Positions 37,498 through 48,885 of a DNA stretch of 64,000 nt are shown one piece after another. Each line of letters begins with the position of its first letter. Within the stretch, counting starts at the first letter, position 1. Below the pieces are notes generated by a model, which worked only from the letters and a program-made list of their open reading frames with translations, was not told where the DNA came from and ran no database searches. The DNA comes from Desulfatiglandales bacterium (lineage in GTDB: Bacteria; Desulfobacterota; DSM-4660; Desulfatiglandales; HGW-15), in the NCBI GenBank assembly GCA_963667015.2, contig CAXXJJ010000001.1, positions 224,001 to 288,000 on the forward strand, given 5' to 3'. The position numbers and the translations under genes are program-made.

Positions 37498-37625
37498 GAA
37501 GGCCAATAATTTCTGTTCTGCTGTGCCATGTATCATACGGTATTTTTCCTTAAAGATATTTTTGCATTTTTTCGATGTTATATTAAACAGATAGAAATAC
37601 CCCTCGACCTTTAGCAAGGTTATTA

Positions 37626-40214
37626 ATGATAAAATACCGGGTCTATATAAAATCAAAAAACAGTAAAAATGCCCTAATTGAAGGCGCTGAAAAACTCGGC
37701 ATTGACCCTTCTCTTGCCCGGGTTTGTGAAGAAGATGGTGAGAATTTCGTCATTTCCAAAATCAACTCACCGGGCGAGTTCGAGATAGATACCAGGGATG
37801 ACAGGCTGGCGGCTGTCTTAAGAACAATTACACCTCCATCAGGAACCGGCAAACCTGTTACGGTTGAAGACATTGAAAAGTCTCTTTCGGAAATGGGAAT
37901 AGTATTCGGTATTGATAAGGAGATTATTTCCGCAACCGTAAGAGAGGTAAAGGAAACAGGAAAAACCAGGAAAAATATTATTATCGCAAAAGGGAATCCT
38001 CCTGAAAAAGGTAAAAAGGCAATAATAGAATTAAAGACAGGAAGAGATGCCCTGAACAAAGATCCAAAGGCATCCGTCATGGTAAAACCGGGACAGGTTG
38101 TTGCAGTTAAGATTCCAGCCACACCGGGAAACCCCGGGAAGGATATTTTCGGCGAAGAGCTCCCCCCCATCCCCGGTGAAGATGTTGAATATCTTCCGGG
38201 TGAAAATGTCTTTATAAAGGACAACAGCTACATCTCTGTGGCCTATGGCGCTGCCAGGGGTACATGGCAGGGAATATCAGTTACTGATTATGTCAGGATA
38301 AGCAGGGACAATATGTATGTGGAAATGACCCTGTTTCCTGTGCTCGCGGATAACAGCAGCCTTTCCCCTGATGAGATAGAAGGAATTCTTAAGGGAAGGG
38401 GAATAAAATACGGCATAAAGACTGAAGCTATACGGGAGATACTTGAAAAGAGTGAACCGATTGAAAATTTCAGGGTTGCCGAGGCTGTTCCGGCAAAAGA
38501 CGGTACTGATGTAAAAATTAACTATGAGTTTAAATTAAACGGTATTGATCCGGAAGAGGTGGATAAACAAAGAATTGAAGGAACCATTGATCCTCTTACG
38601 GTCACGAGGGATATTTTTATGGGGGGGGAGATCCTTGCCAGGAAGATTCCTGCAGTGAAACCGGAAGACGGAAGGTCTGTAACAGGCGAAGTGCTGAAAG
38701 GCGCTAAACCAAAGGACAGGAAGATCAGGGCCGGCGATAATGTTGAGTCAAGGGATAATGGAATGATGTTTGTAGTAAGTGAAGGAATCACGGCAGGATA
38801 TGCAGACTATTCCGGAGAAACAATATCTGTTGAGAATCCCTTATCCCTTGCAGAAGAAAATTTATCCGCCAGCATAAAGGTGTATCCCTCATCCTCAAAA
38901 AAAAGAATGCTCACGATTGACATGATAAAAAATATTGTTACACAGTCAGGCATACGATACGGGATAGATTTCGAGGAGATAGAAAAATTTTTAACGTCAG
39001 CCATAAAAAACACATTCCCTCCCAAGAGCTTTAATATCGCAAGAGGCAAGGCGCCTGATGATGGAAAGGACGCTGCGATCGATATCATGTTTGACAAAGA
39101 CAAACATGCCGGCTCTCTTGTTGGCAAAACAGATCGCATGGATTTCAGGGAACAGTCATTTATACATAATGTAAAAAAAGGCGATAACCTTGCAAAAAAA
39201 ATCCTGCTGACAAAAGGAACTGATGGAAAAAACATTTTTGGTGAAGTAATTCCTTCATCTCCGGGCAGGGACATAAAGCTTGATCCTGGAGCAAATGTGC
39301 ATCTTTATGATGATGTTCTGATCGCTGACATGGATGGGATGGTATTTGTTTCGGATGGAAACAAGGTATCCGTCCTGCAAAGCACCGAGATTCCGGGTGA
39401 CATCGACATGCACACCGGAAACCTCACCATGGAAGGTTCGCTCGTTATTAAGGGCTGGGTCTGCACAGGATTTGTTGTGCGTGCCAGCGGAGAGGTTCAC
39501 GTAGGCAGGGGAATCGAGCAGGCATCAGTAGACGCGGGCAAAGGGCTGTATATACATGGCGGAATACTGGGAAATGACAGCGCAAATATCCTTTCAGGCG
39601 GAAAACTCACAGCCTTTTTTATCGAAAATGCCCGTGTTTATGCAAAGGGAGACATAGTAATCCGTGATGATATAAGAAACAGCAGCGTCTCAACCAGCAG
39701 CTCTATTGATGCCACCGGAGGAAAAGGCCGCATTATTGGTGGGACTGTCACTGCATTCAGGGGGATAAAGGTAAATGAAACAGGTTCCGCAGCAGGGGTG
39801 AAAACCAGCATAGTTGTGGGGGTTGACCCGGAGACAGCAAGGCGGATGGAAAAAATATCAAAAAGCCTTGAGGACTTTAAACGCCAGAGGGCTAAAATAG
39901 ACATGTATCTTGTCAGGTTTTCAAATAAGAGGAAGCTGGCCGAACTTCCTAAAAGCATCAGGTTCAGGCTGGAAAAACTTATTACACAGAGACGTAATAT
40001 TGTGCAGATGGAGGCAAAGCTTACAAAATACAGAGAGAAGCTTATAAAAAAGGAAAATGTGAGAGAATCTAAACCGCCTTCTCTTACAGTAAATAAAACA
40101 GTATATGCAGGTACAAGAATAACAATAGAGAACTCCGTTCTTGAAATTAAGGAAGATATTTCAGGAAAGGTAAAATTTTATCTGGATGAAAATAACCGGA
40201 TAACCTATAGATAA
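37626..40214 (+). CDS. FapA/DUF342 family protein with three N-terminal repeats
   Basis: Three GI.(F/Y)GI...A.G.P..G modules and a C-terminal beta-helix (GDIDMHTGNL, GRIIGG). Confidence 0.85.
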   Translation: MIKYRVYIKSKNSKNALIEGAEKLGIDPSLARVCEEDGENFVISKINSPGEFEIDTRDDRLAAVLRTITPPSGTGKPVTVEDIEKSLSEMGIVFGIDKEIISATVREVKETGKTRKNIIIAKGNPPEKGKKAIIELKTGRDALNKDPKASVMVKPGQVVAVKIPATPGNPGKDIFGEELPPIPGEDVEYLPGENVFIKDNSYISVAYGAARGTWQGISVTDYVRISRDNMYVEMTLFPVLADNSSLSPDEIEGILKGRGIKYGIKTEAIREILEKSEPIENFRVAEAVPAKDGTDVKINYEFKLNGIDPEEVDKQRIEGTIDPLTVTRDIFMGGEILARKIPAVKPEDGRSVTGEVLKGAKPKDRKIRAGDNVESRDNGMMFVVSEGITAGYADYSGETISVENPLSLAEENLSASIKVYPSSSKKRMLTIDMIKNIVTQSGIRYGIDFEEIEKFLTSAIKNTFPPKSFNIARGKAPDDGKDAAIDIMFDKDKHAGSLVGKTDRMDFREQSFIHNVKKGDNLAKKILLTKGTDGKNIFGEVIPSSPGRDIKLDPGANVHLYDDVLIADMDGMVFVSDGNKVSVLQSTEIPGDIDMHTGNLTMEGSLVIKGWVCTGFVVRASGEVHVGRGIEQASVDAGKGLYIHGGILGNDSANILSGGKLTAFFIENARVYAKGDIVIRDDIRNSSVSTSSSIDATGGKGRIIGGTVTAFRGIKVNETGSAAGVKTSIVVGVDPETARRMEKISKSLEDFKRQRAKIDMYLVRFSNKRKLAELPKSIRFRLEKLITQRRNIVQMEAKLTKYREKLIKKENVRESKPPSLTVNKTVYAGTRITIENSVLEIKEDISGKVKFYLDENNRITYR

Positions 40215-40239
40215 AAATCCCTGAGAGGAGGATATAAGT

Positions 40240-40641
40240 ATGAATGCAAAATCAGTAAGGGTTGGTGATTTGATGAACAGGAATGTAAAATCCATCGATA
40301 AAAACACCACAATCATCTCCGCAGGAAAACAGATGATGGAGAAACATGTTTCCAGTTTTATTATAGAGCCCGATAATCAACTCGATACATTCGGGATAAT
40401 TACACGAAAGGATGTGGTTGAGACCCTTATAATGGCAGGTGCCGGAGAGACCGCTATCCTTGTTAAGGATGTGATGACAAAACCTTCTATTACAGTGAGC
40501 CCTGCGCTGTCCATATATAACTGCCATCAGATGATGCTTATGGTTGGCGTAAGGCGAATGCCTGTTGTTGAAGGAAACAAACTGGTAGGGATCATCAGCA
40601 ACAGCGACATATTAAAGAATATTGTAGGTGGGGATTTATGA
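40240..40641 (+). CDS. CBS-domain protein
   Basis: Two CBS repeats (V.DLM...GIIT; DVMT...GIIS). Confidence 0.9.
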   Translation: MNAKSVRVGDLMNRNVKSIDKNTTIISAGKQMMEKHVSSFIIEPDNQLDTFGIITRKDVVETLIMAGAGETAILVKDVMTKPSITVSPALSIYNCHQMMLMVGVRRMPVVEGNKLVGIISNSDILKNIVGGDL

Positions 40642-41247
40642 TAATGGATGTTTTTCCATTTTTGACAAAACGGTTGATGAACCTGCACCGCAGCTTATTA
40701 TGGATCTCATAGCCTCTTCTATGGGAACCCTGACCGGATGCACAAGACGCTGCGGCAGATGATATATCAGGCCGGAGGTCGGATTGGGGCCAGTGGGGAT
40801 AAAGACCGTGCACATTCCGTCTTCGTGCTCATCGGTTATAAACCCGGTTGCAAGAACTTCGTTATCAAATAACTGGACAAGGGCAACTGAAGAGAATGGC
40901 GGCTTACTTTTACCCAGAAACTGAAATATCGTCTCTTTTATCAGCATGTACCCCGGGGCCTTAAGAAAGATTTTTGATTCCAGGAGTGAATGCATCCACT
41001 TGCCTGCCTTTGTTCGAACAATGACCCCCACTATAAAACAGGTTAAAATTAAAAGAGCGATTACAAGTATATCTGCAACCAGCCCCTGGATTGGAGATTT
41101 CTCCATTACAATAATTGTTAAAGGACTTATGACCTTTCTGATAAACCCGAAAATCCAGGTTAGAATAAACAGGAATATTGTCACGGGGAGAATAACGATA
41201 AGTCCACCCACGATGGCATTTTTAAGGAATAACTTCAGTCTTGTCAT
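40636..41247 (-). CDS. DUF502 membrane protein
   Basis: GLIVILP..T, VFIPTGPNPTSG and SIISCG. Confidence 0.85.
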   Translation of the reverse strand: MTRLKLFLKNAIVGGLIVILPVTIFLFILTWIFGFIRKVISPLTIIVMEKSPIQGLVADILVIALLILTCFIVGVIVRTKAGKWMHSLLESKIFLKAPGYMLIKETIFQFLGKSKPPFSSVALVQLFDNEVLATGFITDEHEDGMCTVFIPTGPNPTSGLIYHLPQRLVHPVRVPIEEAMRSIISCGAGSSTVLSKMEKHPLS

Positions 41248-41265
41248 TTTTTAAACCCGTCTCTG

Positions 41266-43131
41266 TTAATCTATTTTAAAAACATGATAGGAATGGGGTT
41301 TTACAGTGAGCTCAAATGCCTTTTCCATTGAAGGCCTGCCCCAGAAGCCGGGAATATCCCTGCCTTCAAGTGTTTTTCCGGATGGGATATTTTCTATTCT
41401 CTTTCCTTTTTCTGTAACAAGCTTTATATCAACCGGCTCATCATTAAAGGAATGAACAACCGCAGTATTGTTGTCGTACAAAAACATTGAAACCTTTGCA
41501 GGTCCCTGCAGCCTGACAAACTGTTTCTTACAGAGCGTGTCCCTGAATTTATTTAAAACTTCTTCAGGTAAATTGTAGAGATCCCCGAAATTATCCGGGA
41601 TGGTTAATATATACAGCTTTCCACTTCCGTAATCAGCCATGTGAAGCATTGGCCAGCCTAAACCGCCGTCAAGGGCAGACACCTGCTCCCATGAGTCATT
41701 GGTGTAATACTGGATCTGGGGGATCATCACCTCTTCTTTCCCAATGATCATCCCTCCCCAGCCGGCCTTGTAGCTTTTGACTATGGCCTTTCTGTCTGTG
41801 TACTGAAGTTCAACAATATCCTCAAGCCCGTTTCCTTCAAGTGCACGTACAAGGCCTGATGTAATGACAACCTCTTTACCGTCTATGAGCTGTTTTTTAA
41901 TTTTTGCTATTATATCAGGATCAAATTTTGCTGATTCGGTTAAGAATATAATATCTTCTTCTGCCGGGAACTCTGGGTAAAGATCAACAGGGATGCCGAT
42001 CATGCCTATAAAGTTATGCAGAAAATCCTCGCCTGTAGAATAATGGGGCCTGTAGCTTTTTAAGCCTGTTGGAGTTCCGAGATACTCCAGCACCTTGTCT
42101 ATTTGCTCAAGGGCGGTTGCGGCAACAAGTGCCATATTGGCTTCGTTTTTATATTTATCACCGCTCAGATATGGTTTAATCATTGTATCGAAATCGAAGC
42201 TTGTGCCCGTCCCCTGCCAGGCCCCTCTTAAATTTTTTGTAACCGATCGTCCCATCTGCATGTAATCGAACATGGTCATTTCAGGGGCTTTTGCCAGAAG
42301 CGTAAGCCAGAGCTGTTCGGCATACCTGTCGGCAGTATTGGAACCATAGGTATCGACCCATCCGCCACCGTTTCTTCCGGGAGCAATGTTTTCAAAATAT
42401 CTTATGATCTGGTAGCCCTGGTATTCCTGAAGATGCTGGTCGGTCATCACACTGTCCCGAGTTTCTGTACCGGTATAGATTCCATCAAATATTTTCGGAC
42501 CCCGGTCAAGATCGAAGCCCAGACCATGGAAATGCTCATACCAGTTGGGATATTTGATAACGACCTTTATTTTGGGATTTACTGCTTTTGCCGGTCCGAC
42601 AACCAGGTTTTTTGCTGCCTCGGCCAGCAGGTCCATCCTGAACTGTGACCAGCTTCTGCCTCCCTTTGCAACGATACATTTCTCACACTTGCAGCTTGTA
42701 TAAAAAAAATCGTCGAGTATCAGTTCATCGAAATGCCTGGCAGTCATTTCAACTATCTGTTTCAGTTTTTTGCGGTGTTCCTCATTTGTGTAGCAGTAGG
42801 TCTCGAAATTATTCGGTTCGCTAACGGTTATTGTTATACCGCCTGCAGTTCTGATTCCCCTGTCTTTAAAGAATTTTATTATGGTTTCGAGTGCTTCTTC
42901 ATCGATCACCGTCATATCCCGATGGGTTTCGAGGTAGATCTTGTCTATTTTAAGGTGCTGATTCATCTGTTCAAATGTTGACTTCAACCATGCAGGGTCT
43001 TTCATCTTAATAACCTCAAAGACCCTTGTATAAACTGAAACATCAAAGTTTTTATAACCTTCACCGGCAAATACAGACAGTGAACAGACAGACATAAGTA
43101 TTACGAAAAACAGAGATTGAACCGCTTTCAT
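41266..43131 (-). CDS. Secreted hypothetical protein, possibly a glycoside hydrolase-like TIM barrel
   Basis: Signal peptide; FDELILDDFF, CKCEKC and IKYPNWYE. Confidence 0.6.
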   Translation of the reverse strand: MKAVQSLFFVILMSVCSLSVFAGEGYKNFDVSVYTRVFEVIKMKDPAWLKSTFEQMNQHLKIDKIYLETHRDMTVIDEEALETIIKFFKDRGIRTAGGITITVSEPNNFETYCYTNEEHRKKLKQIVEMTARHFDELILDDFFYTSCKCEKCIVAKGGRSWSQFRMDLLAEAAKNLVVGPAKAVNPKIKVVIKYPNWYEHFHGLGFDLDRGPKIFDGIYTGTETRDSVMTDQHLQEYQGYQIIRYFENIAPGRNGGGWVDTYGSNTADRYAEQLWLTLLAKAPEMTMFDYMQMGRSVTKNLRGAWQGTGTSFDFDTMIKPYLSGDKYKNEANMALVAATALEQIDKVLEYLGTPTGLKSYRPHYSTGEDFLHNFIGMIGIPVDLYPEFPAEEDIIFLTESAKFDPDIIAKIKKQLIDGKEVVITSGLVRALEGNGLEDIVELQYTDRKAIVKSYKAGWGGMIIGKEEVMIPQIQYYTNDSWEQVSALDGGLGWPMLHMADYGSGKLYILTIPDNFGDLYNLPEEVLNKFRDTLCKKQFVRLQGPAKVSMFLYDNNTAVVHSFNDEPVDIKLVTEKGKRIENIPSGKTLEGRDIPGFWGRPSMEKAFELTVKPHSYHVFKID

Positions 43132-43147
43132 TTAAACCCCCATGAAC

Positions 43148-44500
43148 TCAATATACGCCGTATTCCTTGGTTACATCAATAAACGCCTTTACATTTTCTG
43201 CCTTTGCTTCATCAAAAAATGCCCCGTTACACATAATATAACCGCCGTCTCCGGCACAGTAGTCTATTATTCTCCTGGTATAGTCCTTTACCTCTTCCAC
43301 CGATACCAGGCCCAGCATTGATGACGGGATATTCCCTGCGATGCAGGCATTCTGACCGATTGTGTCCTTGACCTTCCTGATATCAGACTGGTCAACCATC
43401 CAGACGGTTTTACCCTTTGGTATATCCTTCATGATATCAAGGCGGGTATCCCAGTGTCCTTCAAGGGCAGGGAAGGGTATGCACCCGCCTTCGATCAGCC
43501 CAAGGATTACCTTCTGCAGTGTAGGCCAGTAGAATTTTTTAAACTGATCCTCGGACATCATTCCGTCGGCCCCTTTATGGAGAGGCATAAATACCAGTGG
43601 ATTTCCATTCGTTCGCATTGCCCCAAGGCCGACTTCAATCATCACCGGCACCAGGGCGTCCATTGCCGCCAGAAGCTTTTCAGGCCTGCGGAACATATCC
43701 ATTACAATTTCTCTTGTTCCCCTGAGTGTATCGCCTAATGTGTCAAAGGGTGCCTTGCTGAATCCTGCACCGAGGATATTAACATATCCCAGGCTGGTCA
43801 ACTCGGCGTTTAAGCCTCCCATGGCAATAGCCCATTTCAGTGCTTCTTCACCCGCCTCAGCAAGTTTTTTAAACATTTCAATCACCGGGGGCAGGCCGAA
43901 TGGAATAAAATCACCGGCAACGCCGTATATCTCCTGAATGCCGGTGAAATTCGGCAGCATCGGGAATCCGTTAAAAACACCGAATACACGCGGCAGGTAA
44001 GTATTCATGAAAAAACGAGAAGGATCTGATATGAGCATATCATATTCTTCAGCCTTCATGTATTCACCTTCCTTCATCTGAAAACAATGTTCTTTTTTTA
44101 CTCCATGACCCGGCCAGGCATATAGTTTATAGTCTACCATCTCAAAGAATTTACCGGGACCTGCCTGGGCCGCACCGATATGCATATCAGGATCCATTTC
44201 CGTAATGAAATTTTTAAACGCAGTTGTAGCTTTCTCATAATCATACATTGCGTCATAGGGAGTAATGCCTGCATGAAGAAAGGGGAACATGCTGGGAAGG
44301 ACCAATATTGGCAATCTATCAGGCGTTTTTTTCATCTGAATCGCGTCTCTAACCCTGGTTAAGGACGCCAAATACTTTTCTTTGGCTTCAGGACCCTGGA
44401 ATTGTATATCGTTACCCTCGGCATCTTTCAAGGAAAGCAATTCCTGAAATTTAGCATCCTGTTTTTCATCCGCATTCATTTGTTCCCAAGATTTTTCCAT
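43148..44500 (-). CDS. Uroporphyrinogen decarboxylase/cobalamin methyltransferase (URO-D) family protein
   Basis: PFD...LRG...D...PE, F..FYWP, IAGN.P and GGYIM. Confidence 0.85.
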   Translation of the reverse strand: MEKSWEQMNADEKQDAKFQELLSLKDAEGNDIQFQGPEAKEKYLASLTRVRDAIQMKKTPDRLPILVLPSMFPFLHAGITPYDAMYDYEKATTAFKNFITEMDPDMHIGAAQAGPGKFFEMVDYKLYAWPGHGVKKEHCFQMKEGEYMKAEEYDMLISDPSRFFMNTYLPRVFGVFNGFPMLPNFTGIQEIYGVAGDFIPFGLPPVIEMFKKLAEAGEEALKWAIAMGGLNAELTSLGYVNILGAGFSKAPFDTLGDTLRGTREIVMDMFRRPEKLLAAMDALVPVMIEVGLGAMRTNGNPLVFMPLHKGADGMMSEDQFKKFYWPTLQKVILGLIEGGCIPFPALEGHWDTRLDIMKDIPKGKTVWMVDQSDIRKVKDTIGQNACIAGNIPSSMLGLVSVEEVKDYTRRIIDYCAGDGGYIMCNGAFFDEAKAENVKAFIDVTKEYGVY

Positions 44501-44859
44501 TGCAACCTCCTGTAAATTTGTTTTAAAGTTTATTGATTCCGTATGATGCAACCGGAAACATTAGATTTAAAATACTATTAAAACAGGGTAGATCAATTAA
44601 ACATTATAGGAAAAACAAGGCAGGGATCAGGCGTCCTTATCAGGAAAATCCCTTCCTTTTATTTGATAATGAGAACACTTCTGGTTGATTACCGAACAGC
44701 AAAGATAATCTGTTTTTGCCGGACAAGAATACTGCGTCAGGCAAAAGATCTTCGTCAAGCCAGTGTATTTTGCTAATATGCAATAAAAACCGGTTAAGGG
44801 CAATCAAAATAGAACAATTGTTTTCTGTTGATGGCCATAAAAAATCTCTAAATAAAAAG

Positions 44860-46959
44860 CTATTCATTGCCGGCTGATGCAAACTGACCGAAGTATCCAA
44901 TACACACATCCCGCCATTCTTCTGCATTTTCAAATTGCATATTGAGCCTTTCCTTTACATGATCAAACCGTTCAGCATCTATCCTGCCCTTAAGGGAATT
45001 CCATTCCTTCTGCATTGCAGCAACCTCATCAACTCCCCGGCTGTAACGAAACTGAAGCTCTTCCCAGAGCGTCCTGCCTGATGCCATCCGGTAAGTCCAT
45101 GGCAGGTGATGGAACCACAGCAGATATTTCTCCGGGCAGGTGTCGGGTGAATCCCATAGGGTCCTGAGCGGTTCTGCATATTGTCCCGTGCCATTGGTTC
45201 CTGTGGAACTCCGGTTGAAGCCGACTCCTTTAAAATCAGCCTTATGATAATATGTTGAGCTCCAGTCATCTCTAACAGGGTTTTTATAGTCCGGGCCGGG
45301 TCCGTAATGGTGACCTTCAGCCATAAGGTGGTGAAGCCCCAGGGGTGTCATGTAGTCAATGCATGCCTCCCATGAACCGGCCATGATATTTTCGATTACG
45401 TTGACTGTTTTCGTATCATTGGACCATGTCATCCTGATCCATTCATCTGCAATATCTTTTGATGTTAATGCGGGGTCCCAGGCCAATCTTCCGAATGCAT
45501 ACCAGTTTGCCTGGGAAAAATGATGACCTGACCAGTTTCGATCCGTACCGATCCCGGAAACACCGGCTATGCCTGTAAGGGTATGATGTTCAGCTGAACC
45601 GTCTACAATATTTGCCACCAGTGTGCCCGGACCTTTTGCATATGTGTCCGTATCAAGCACCTCCTTCCACATGGGAGCCTGGTAGACAAGATGCTTGGCC
45701 TGACCTGTATATTCCTGGGTAATCTGAAGTTCCATCATTATGGGTGTTTTCGGCATTGCCCCGAATATGGAGTTGAAAGGCTCCCTGGGTTGAAAGTCTA
45801 CTGGACCGTTCTTTGTCTGTATCAGTACATTCGGTAAAAATTTACCATCGAGGGGAACAAACTCCAGGTAGCCGCACTTTGTACGATCGGAATCGATGGA
45901 AAGATCATAGACAAATGAACGCCACATAACAATGCCGTCATGGGGAGCTACTGCTTCGGCAAGCATGTTTGCGCCGTCGGCATGTGTCCTGCCGTAGATC
46001 TGGGGCCCCGGCTGTCCCTCGGAGTATGCCTTGACAAGAAAACCGCCAAAATCAGGGATCTTTTTATATATCTCCTCAGCCTTGTCATTCCACCATTTGC
46101 GTACACCAGGATCAAGTGGATCAGATGTCGAAAGCCCTCCTATCTCCATGGGCGATGTAAATTTTATGCTGAAGTAGACCTGTATACCGTATGGCCTCAG
46201 TACATCCGCGACAGCCGCGGCTTTAATGATGTAATCTTTGGTGAGGAGTTCCGCCTGGCTGTTAACATTATTAATGGAGGTACCATTGATGCCTATGGAT
46301 GCATTGGCACGTGCATAATCCTTATACCTTGGGTCTACTTTTTCCGGAAGTTCATCCCATTTCCAGATGGACATTCCCGCATACCCACGTTCTACTGTTC
46401 CATTGAGGTTGTCCCAGTGATTTAAAAGACGTTTTCGGATTCGCGGTTTATTTCTGATTGACAGCCTGTCTATTGTTTGTCGTGTCTGCATAAGCCTGAG
46501 CAGGTGAAATGTTCCATAGAGAACGCCATCAGGTCTGTTGGCTGCGATAACAGTAACCGGGAGATTGTTATACTGCAAAGAGCGAATAAGATATCCTTCC
46601 TCGCCAAGGGATGTCAGTTCCTGTGCCTGAACAAGCTGCTTTATTACAGGAGACATTTCCGGCGTTCCTGCAATGATTGCACCGCCCTTTGTAACCCTGC
46701 TGTTTATAGGAATGTCTTTGTCAAGCATGCCTCTAAGGCCATTCTGCAGTTCTTCCTGAACAGCCTTTAAAACCGGATATGACTGCTGGATAACAACCTC
46801 TGTTATCCCTTCCCTGTATGCGGATAAAAGTTCAGGCTCCATGACCTTATCATAGCGAAGCCACAACCTATATCCATCCTCTGCCATGAGTGTGCCTGAA
46901 AAAATAATAACAATGATCCCTATAAACCATTTTAAACAATGAAGATTTGAAAGTTTCAT
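44860..46959 (-). CDS. aguA: Alpha-glucuronidase, GH67
   Basis: EDGY.LWLRY, LNHWDNL.G.VERGYAG, NNVN, KNGP.DFQPREP and ELQITQEY. Confidence 0.95.
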   Translation of the reverse strand: MKLSNLHCLKWFIGIIVIIFSGTLMAEDGYRLWLRYDKVMEPELLSAYREGITEVVIQQSYPVLKAVQEELQNGLRGMLDKDIPINSRVTKGGAIIAGTPEMSPVIKQLVQAQELTSLGEEGYLIRSLQYNNLPVTVIAANRPDGVLYGTFHLLRLMQTRQTIDRLSIRNKPRIRKRLLNHWDNLNGTVERGYAGMSIWKWDELPEKVDPRYKDYARANASIGINGTSINNVNSQAELLTKDYIIKAAAVADVLRPYGIQVYFSIKFTSPMEIGGLSTSDPLDPGVRKWWNDKAEEIYKKIPDFGGFLVKAYSEGQPGPQIYGRTHADGANMLAEAVAPHDGIVMWRSFVYDLSIDSDRTKCGYLEFVPLDGKFLPNVLIQTKNGPVDFQPREPFNSIFGAMPKTPIMMELQITQEYTGQAKHLVYQAPMWKEVLDTDTYAKGPGTLVANIVDGSAEHHTLTGIAGVSGIGTDRNWSGHHFSQANWYAFGRLAWDPALTSKDIADEWIRMTWSNDTKTVNVIENIMAGSWEACIDYMTPLGLHHLMAEGHHYGPGPDYKNPVRDDWSSTYYHKADFKGVGFNRSSTGTNGTGQYAEPLRTLWDSPDTCPEKYLLWFHHLPWTYRMASGRTLWEELQFRYSRGVDEVAAMQKEWNSLKGRIDAERFDHVKERLNMQFENAEEWRDVCIGYFGQFASAGNE

Positions 46960-47184
46960 TTTTTTACCTTTTAATCTGATTATAGCAGGAGGGTCAGGTC
47001 TCCAGATGTTGAAGACCGCACTTAACATAAATATTATGAGTCACTTTTATTGGCTGCATATCATATTTTCGGAGTTATCCATTGTCAAGCTCTTGAATTT
47101 TACCTTAAAGAGTCTGAACGTTGATGAAAGTGGATTAAAGGATTAGATTAATTAGTTAGCCCATACATAAACAAAAATTAGTCG

Positions 47185-48501
47185 CTAAATATCGTCTCTG
47201 ATTATATCAAGAATCCGTTTGTAATATGTCTTTCGTTTCTCATCCCAGGAGAGGTCTATTGCGTTGTCCATGTTAATCTTAGCCTTCCTGTTTTCACCTG
47301 TTTTCAGGTAGGCAAGTGCCAGACCATAATAAAACAGATGTTCGTCGTCCTTTAAACTGATCGCTTTTTTGAACAGTCCGACCGATTTTTCAAAAAGCTT
47401 CTCATCATATGCGGTTTTACCCGCTACATACTGGTAGTAGGGATTTTTTTCTCTGAATGATGCAAGCCGGGTCTTATATAATTCAGCCTTTTCCTTTTCT
47501 CCTGTCGTATTATAGAGGTTTGTCAGATTATTCATGATAGTCAGAACACTGGTATCACTGGAACCCTGAGTGACGGCAAATCCCTGTAAATATGCCGCCT
47601 CGGCAGCATCAGGCTGATTATTCCTCCGGTAGACAACGCCAAGATTTGACCATGCAAAGCTAAGTTCCGGATCGGTTTTTATGGCCTTTATAAAATACCG
47701 ATATGCCTCGGGTATATTTCCTTCTGCAAGATTCTTGCTGCCAATATTATTATAATACTGAGCAAATGCACGGTTATCCGTGATATTCGTAAATCTGAAG
47801 GTGCTTAATCTTGAAATGTCCGGAGAAAGCTCCGAAGGAGCAAAATAGTACCTGATGCTGTTGTCCATTGTTATTATTCTGTTTCTGCCGTCTAAAACTT
47901 CCAGTTGAATTACCTGTGCAGCCGGATTAGGAACATTAATAGACGCACCTATATGCCGGGTAAAAAACAGTACCTCTCCATCACGGATCCAGTTGGGGAG
48001 GGTAGGTATTTCGGAGAATTTTGATTTAAACCCTGCAAATCTTGCCATTGCGATAAACAGGTTTGTAAAGGAAAGGCAGTTTCCTGTCCCCGTGTCAAAT
48101 GTTTCCTGGGCTGTTTTAACACCATAACCGTCATCCATGGTGTCATATGATATCTTCTGGACCAGTATTTTTGACATCATTTTAAGACGCGCCTGGGGAT
48201 CCCTTATTTTTTTTACCTCTTCATTGATCAGGTCCTTTATTTCGTCATTTATTGCAAGAACATCAACATCCGGGATGGTGTCATCAATTGATGAGGGATA
48301 TATCTTCGTATCGTCCGGCATTTCATAGGCTGGAAACATGTCAACATGCATAGATTCCACTTTTGGTATGGGAATGGATGCACATCCGGAAATAAGGCTG
48401 AAAATAAAAAAGGCAGACAGGATTCTCAATCCTTTCCATCTTTTGGAAAAGTAATGATAACAAATATGATTATCCTTCTTTTTTAAATTATTCCAGTACA
48501 T
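47185..48501 (-). CDS. Lipoprotein with transglutaminase-like and TPR domains
   Basis: TAQETF..GNCLSF and TPR repeats. Confidence 0.8.
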   Translation of the reverse strand: MYWNNLKKKDNHICYHYFSKRWKGLRILSAFFIFSLISGCASIPIPKVESMHVDMFPAYEMPDDTKIYPSSIDDTIPDVDVLAINDEIKDLINEEVKKIRDPQARLKMMSKILVQKISYDTMDDGYGVKTAQETFDTGTGNCLSFTNLFIAMARFAGFKSKFSEIPTLPNWIRDGEVLFFTRHIGASINVPNPAAQVIQLEVLDGRNRIITMDNSIRYYFAPSELSPDISRLSTFRFTNITDNRAFAQYYNNIGSKNLAEGNIPEAYRYFIKAIKTDPELSFAWSNLGVVYRRNNQPDAAEAAYLQGFAVTQGSSDTSVLTIMNNLTNLYNTTGEKEKAELYKTRLASFREKNPYYQYVAGKTAYDEKLFEKSVGLFKKAISLKDDEHLFYYGLALAYLKTGENRKAKINMDNAIDLSWDEKRKTYYKRILDIIRDDI

Positions 48502-48808
48502 TACATAAACCTCTCGATAGCCTTCCGTTCTTTTTCATTAATATAAGTCCTGTTTACAGGGTTTCAATTATCTCTTCTCAGCATATTGAGGGTTAAATGG
48601 AAAAGGCCTGCATACTTAATGAGCTTCCGGCTATGAAATTTGAGTGTATGAAAACCAGGAGTACAACTTTAATTATAATTACAACTGTAATTTAGCGTCA
48701 AGGTATAAATTTCATTTGCTTACAAAGACTCGATCATTTTCAGTTTCCTGTAGCTGAATATGGTTCACAGGTGGGATTGATTCATTCAGGCGAGACTATA
48801 ATATAAAA

Positions 48809-48842
48809 CAAGGCAGTTAAGTTTTTTAACTTAACTGCCTTG
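48809..48842 (-). terminator. Intrinsic terminator hairpin
   Basis: CAAGGCAGTTAAGTT/AACTTAACTGCCTTG downstream of the 48886-49407 gene. Confidence 0.6.
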
Positions 48843-48885
48843 ATAATGTTATAAATTGTTATTCGTTGATTCTATAGATATCCTG

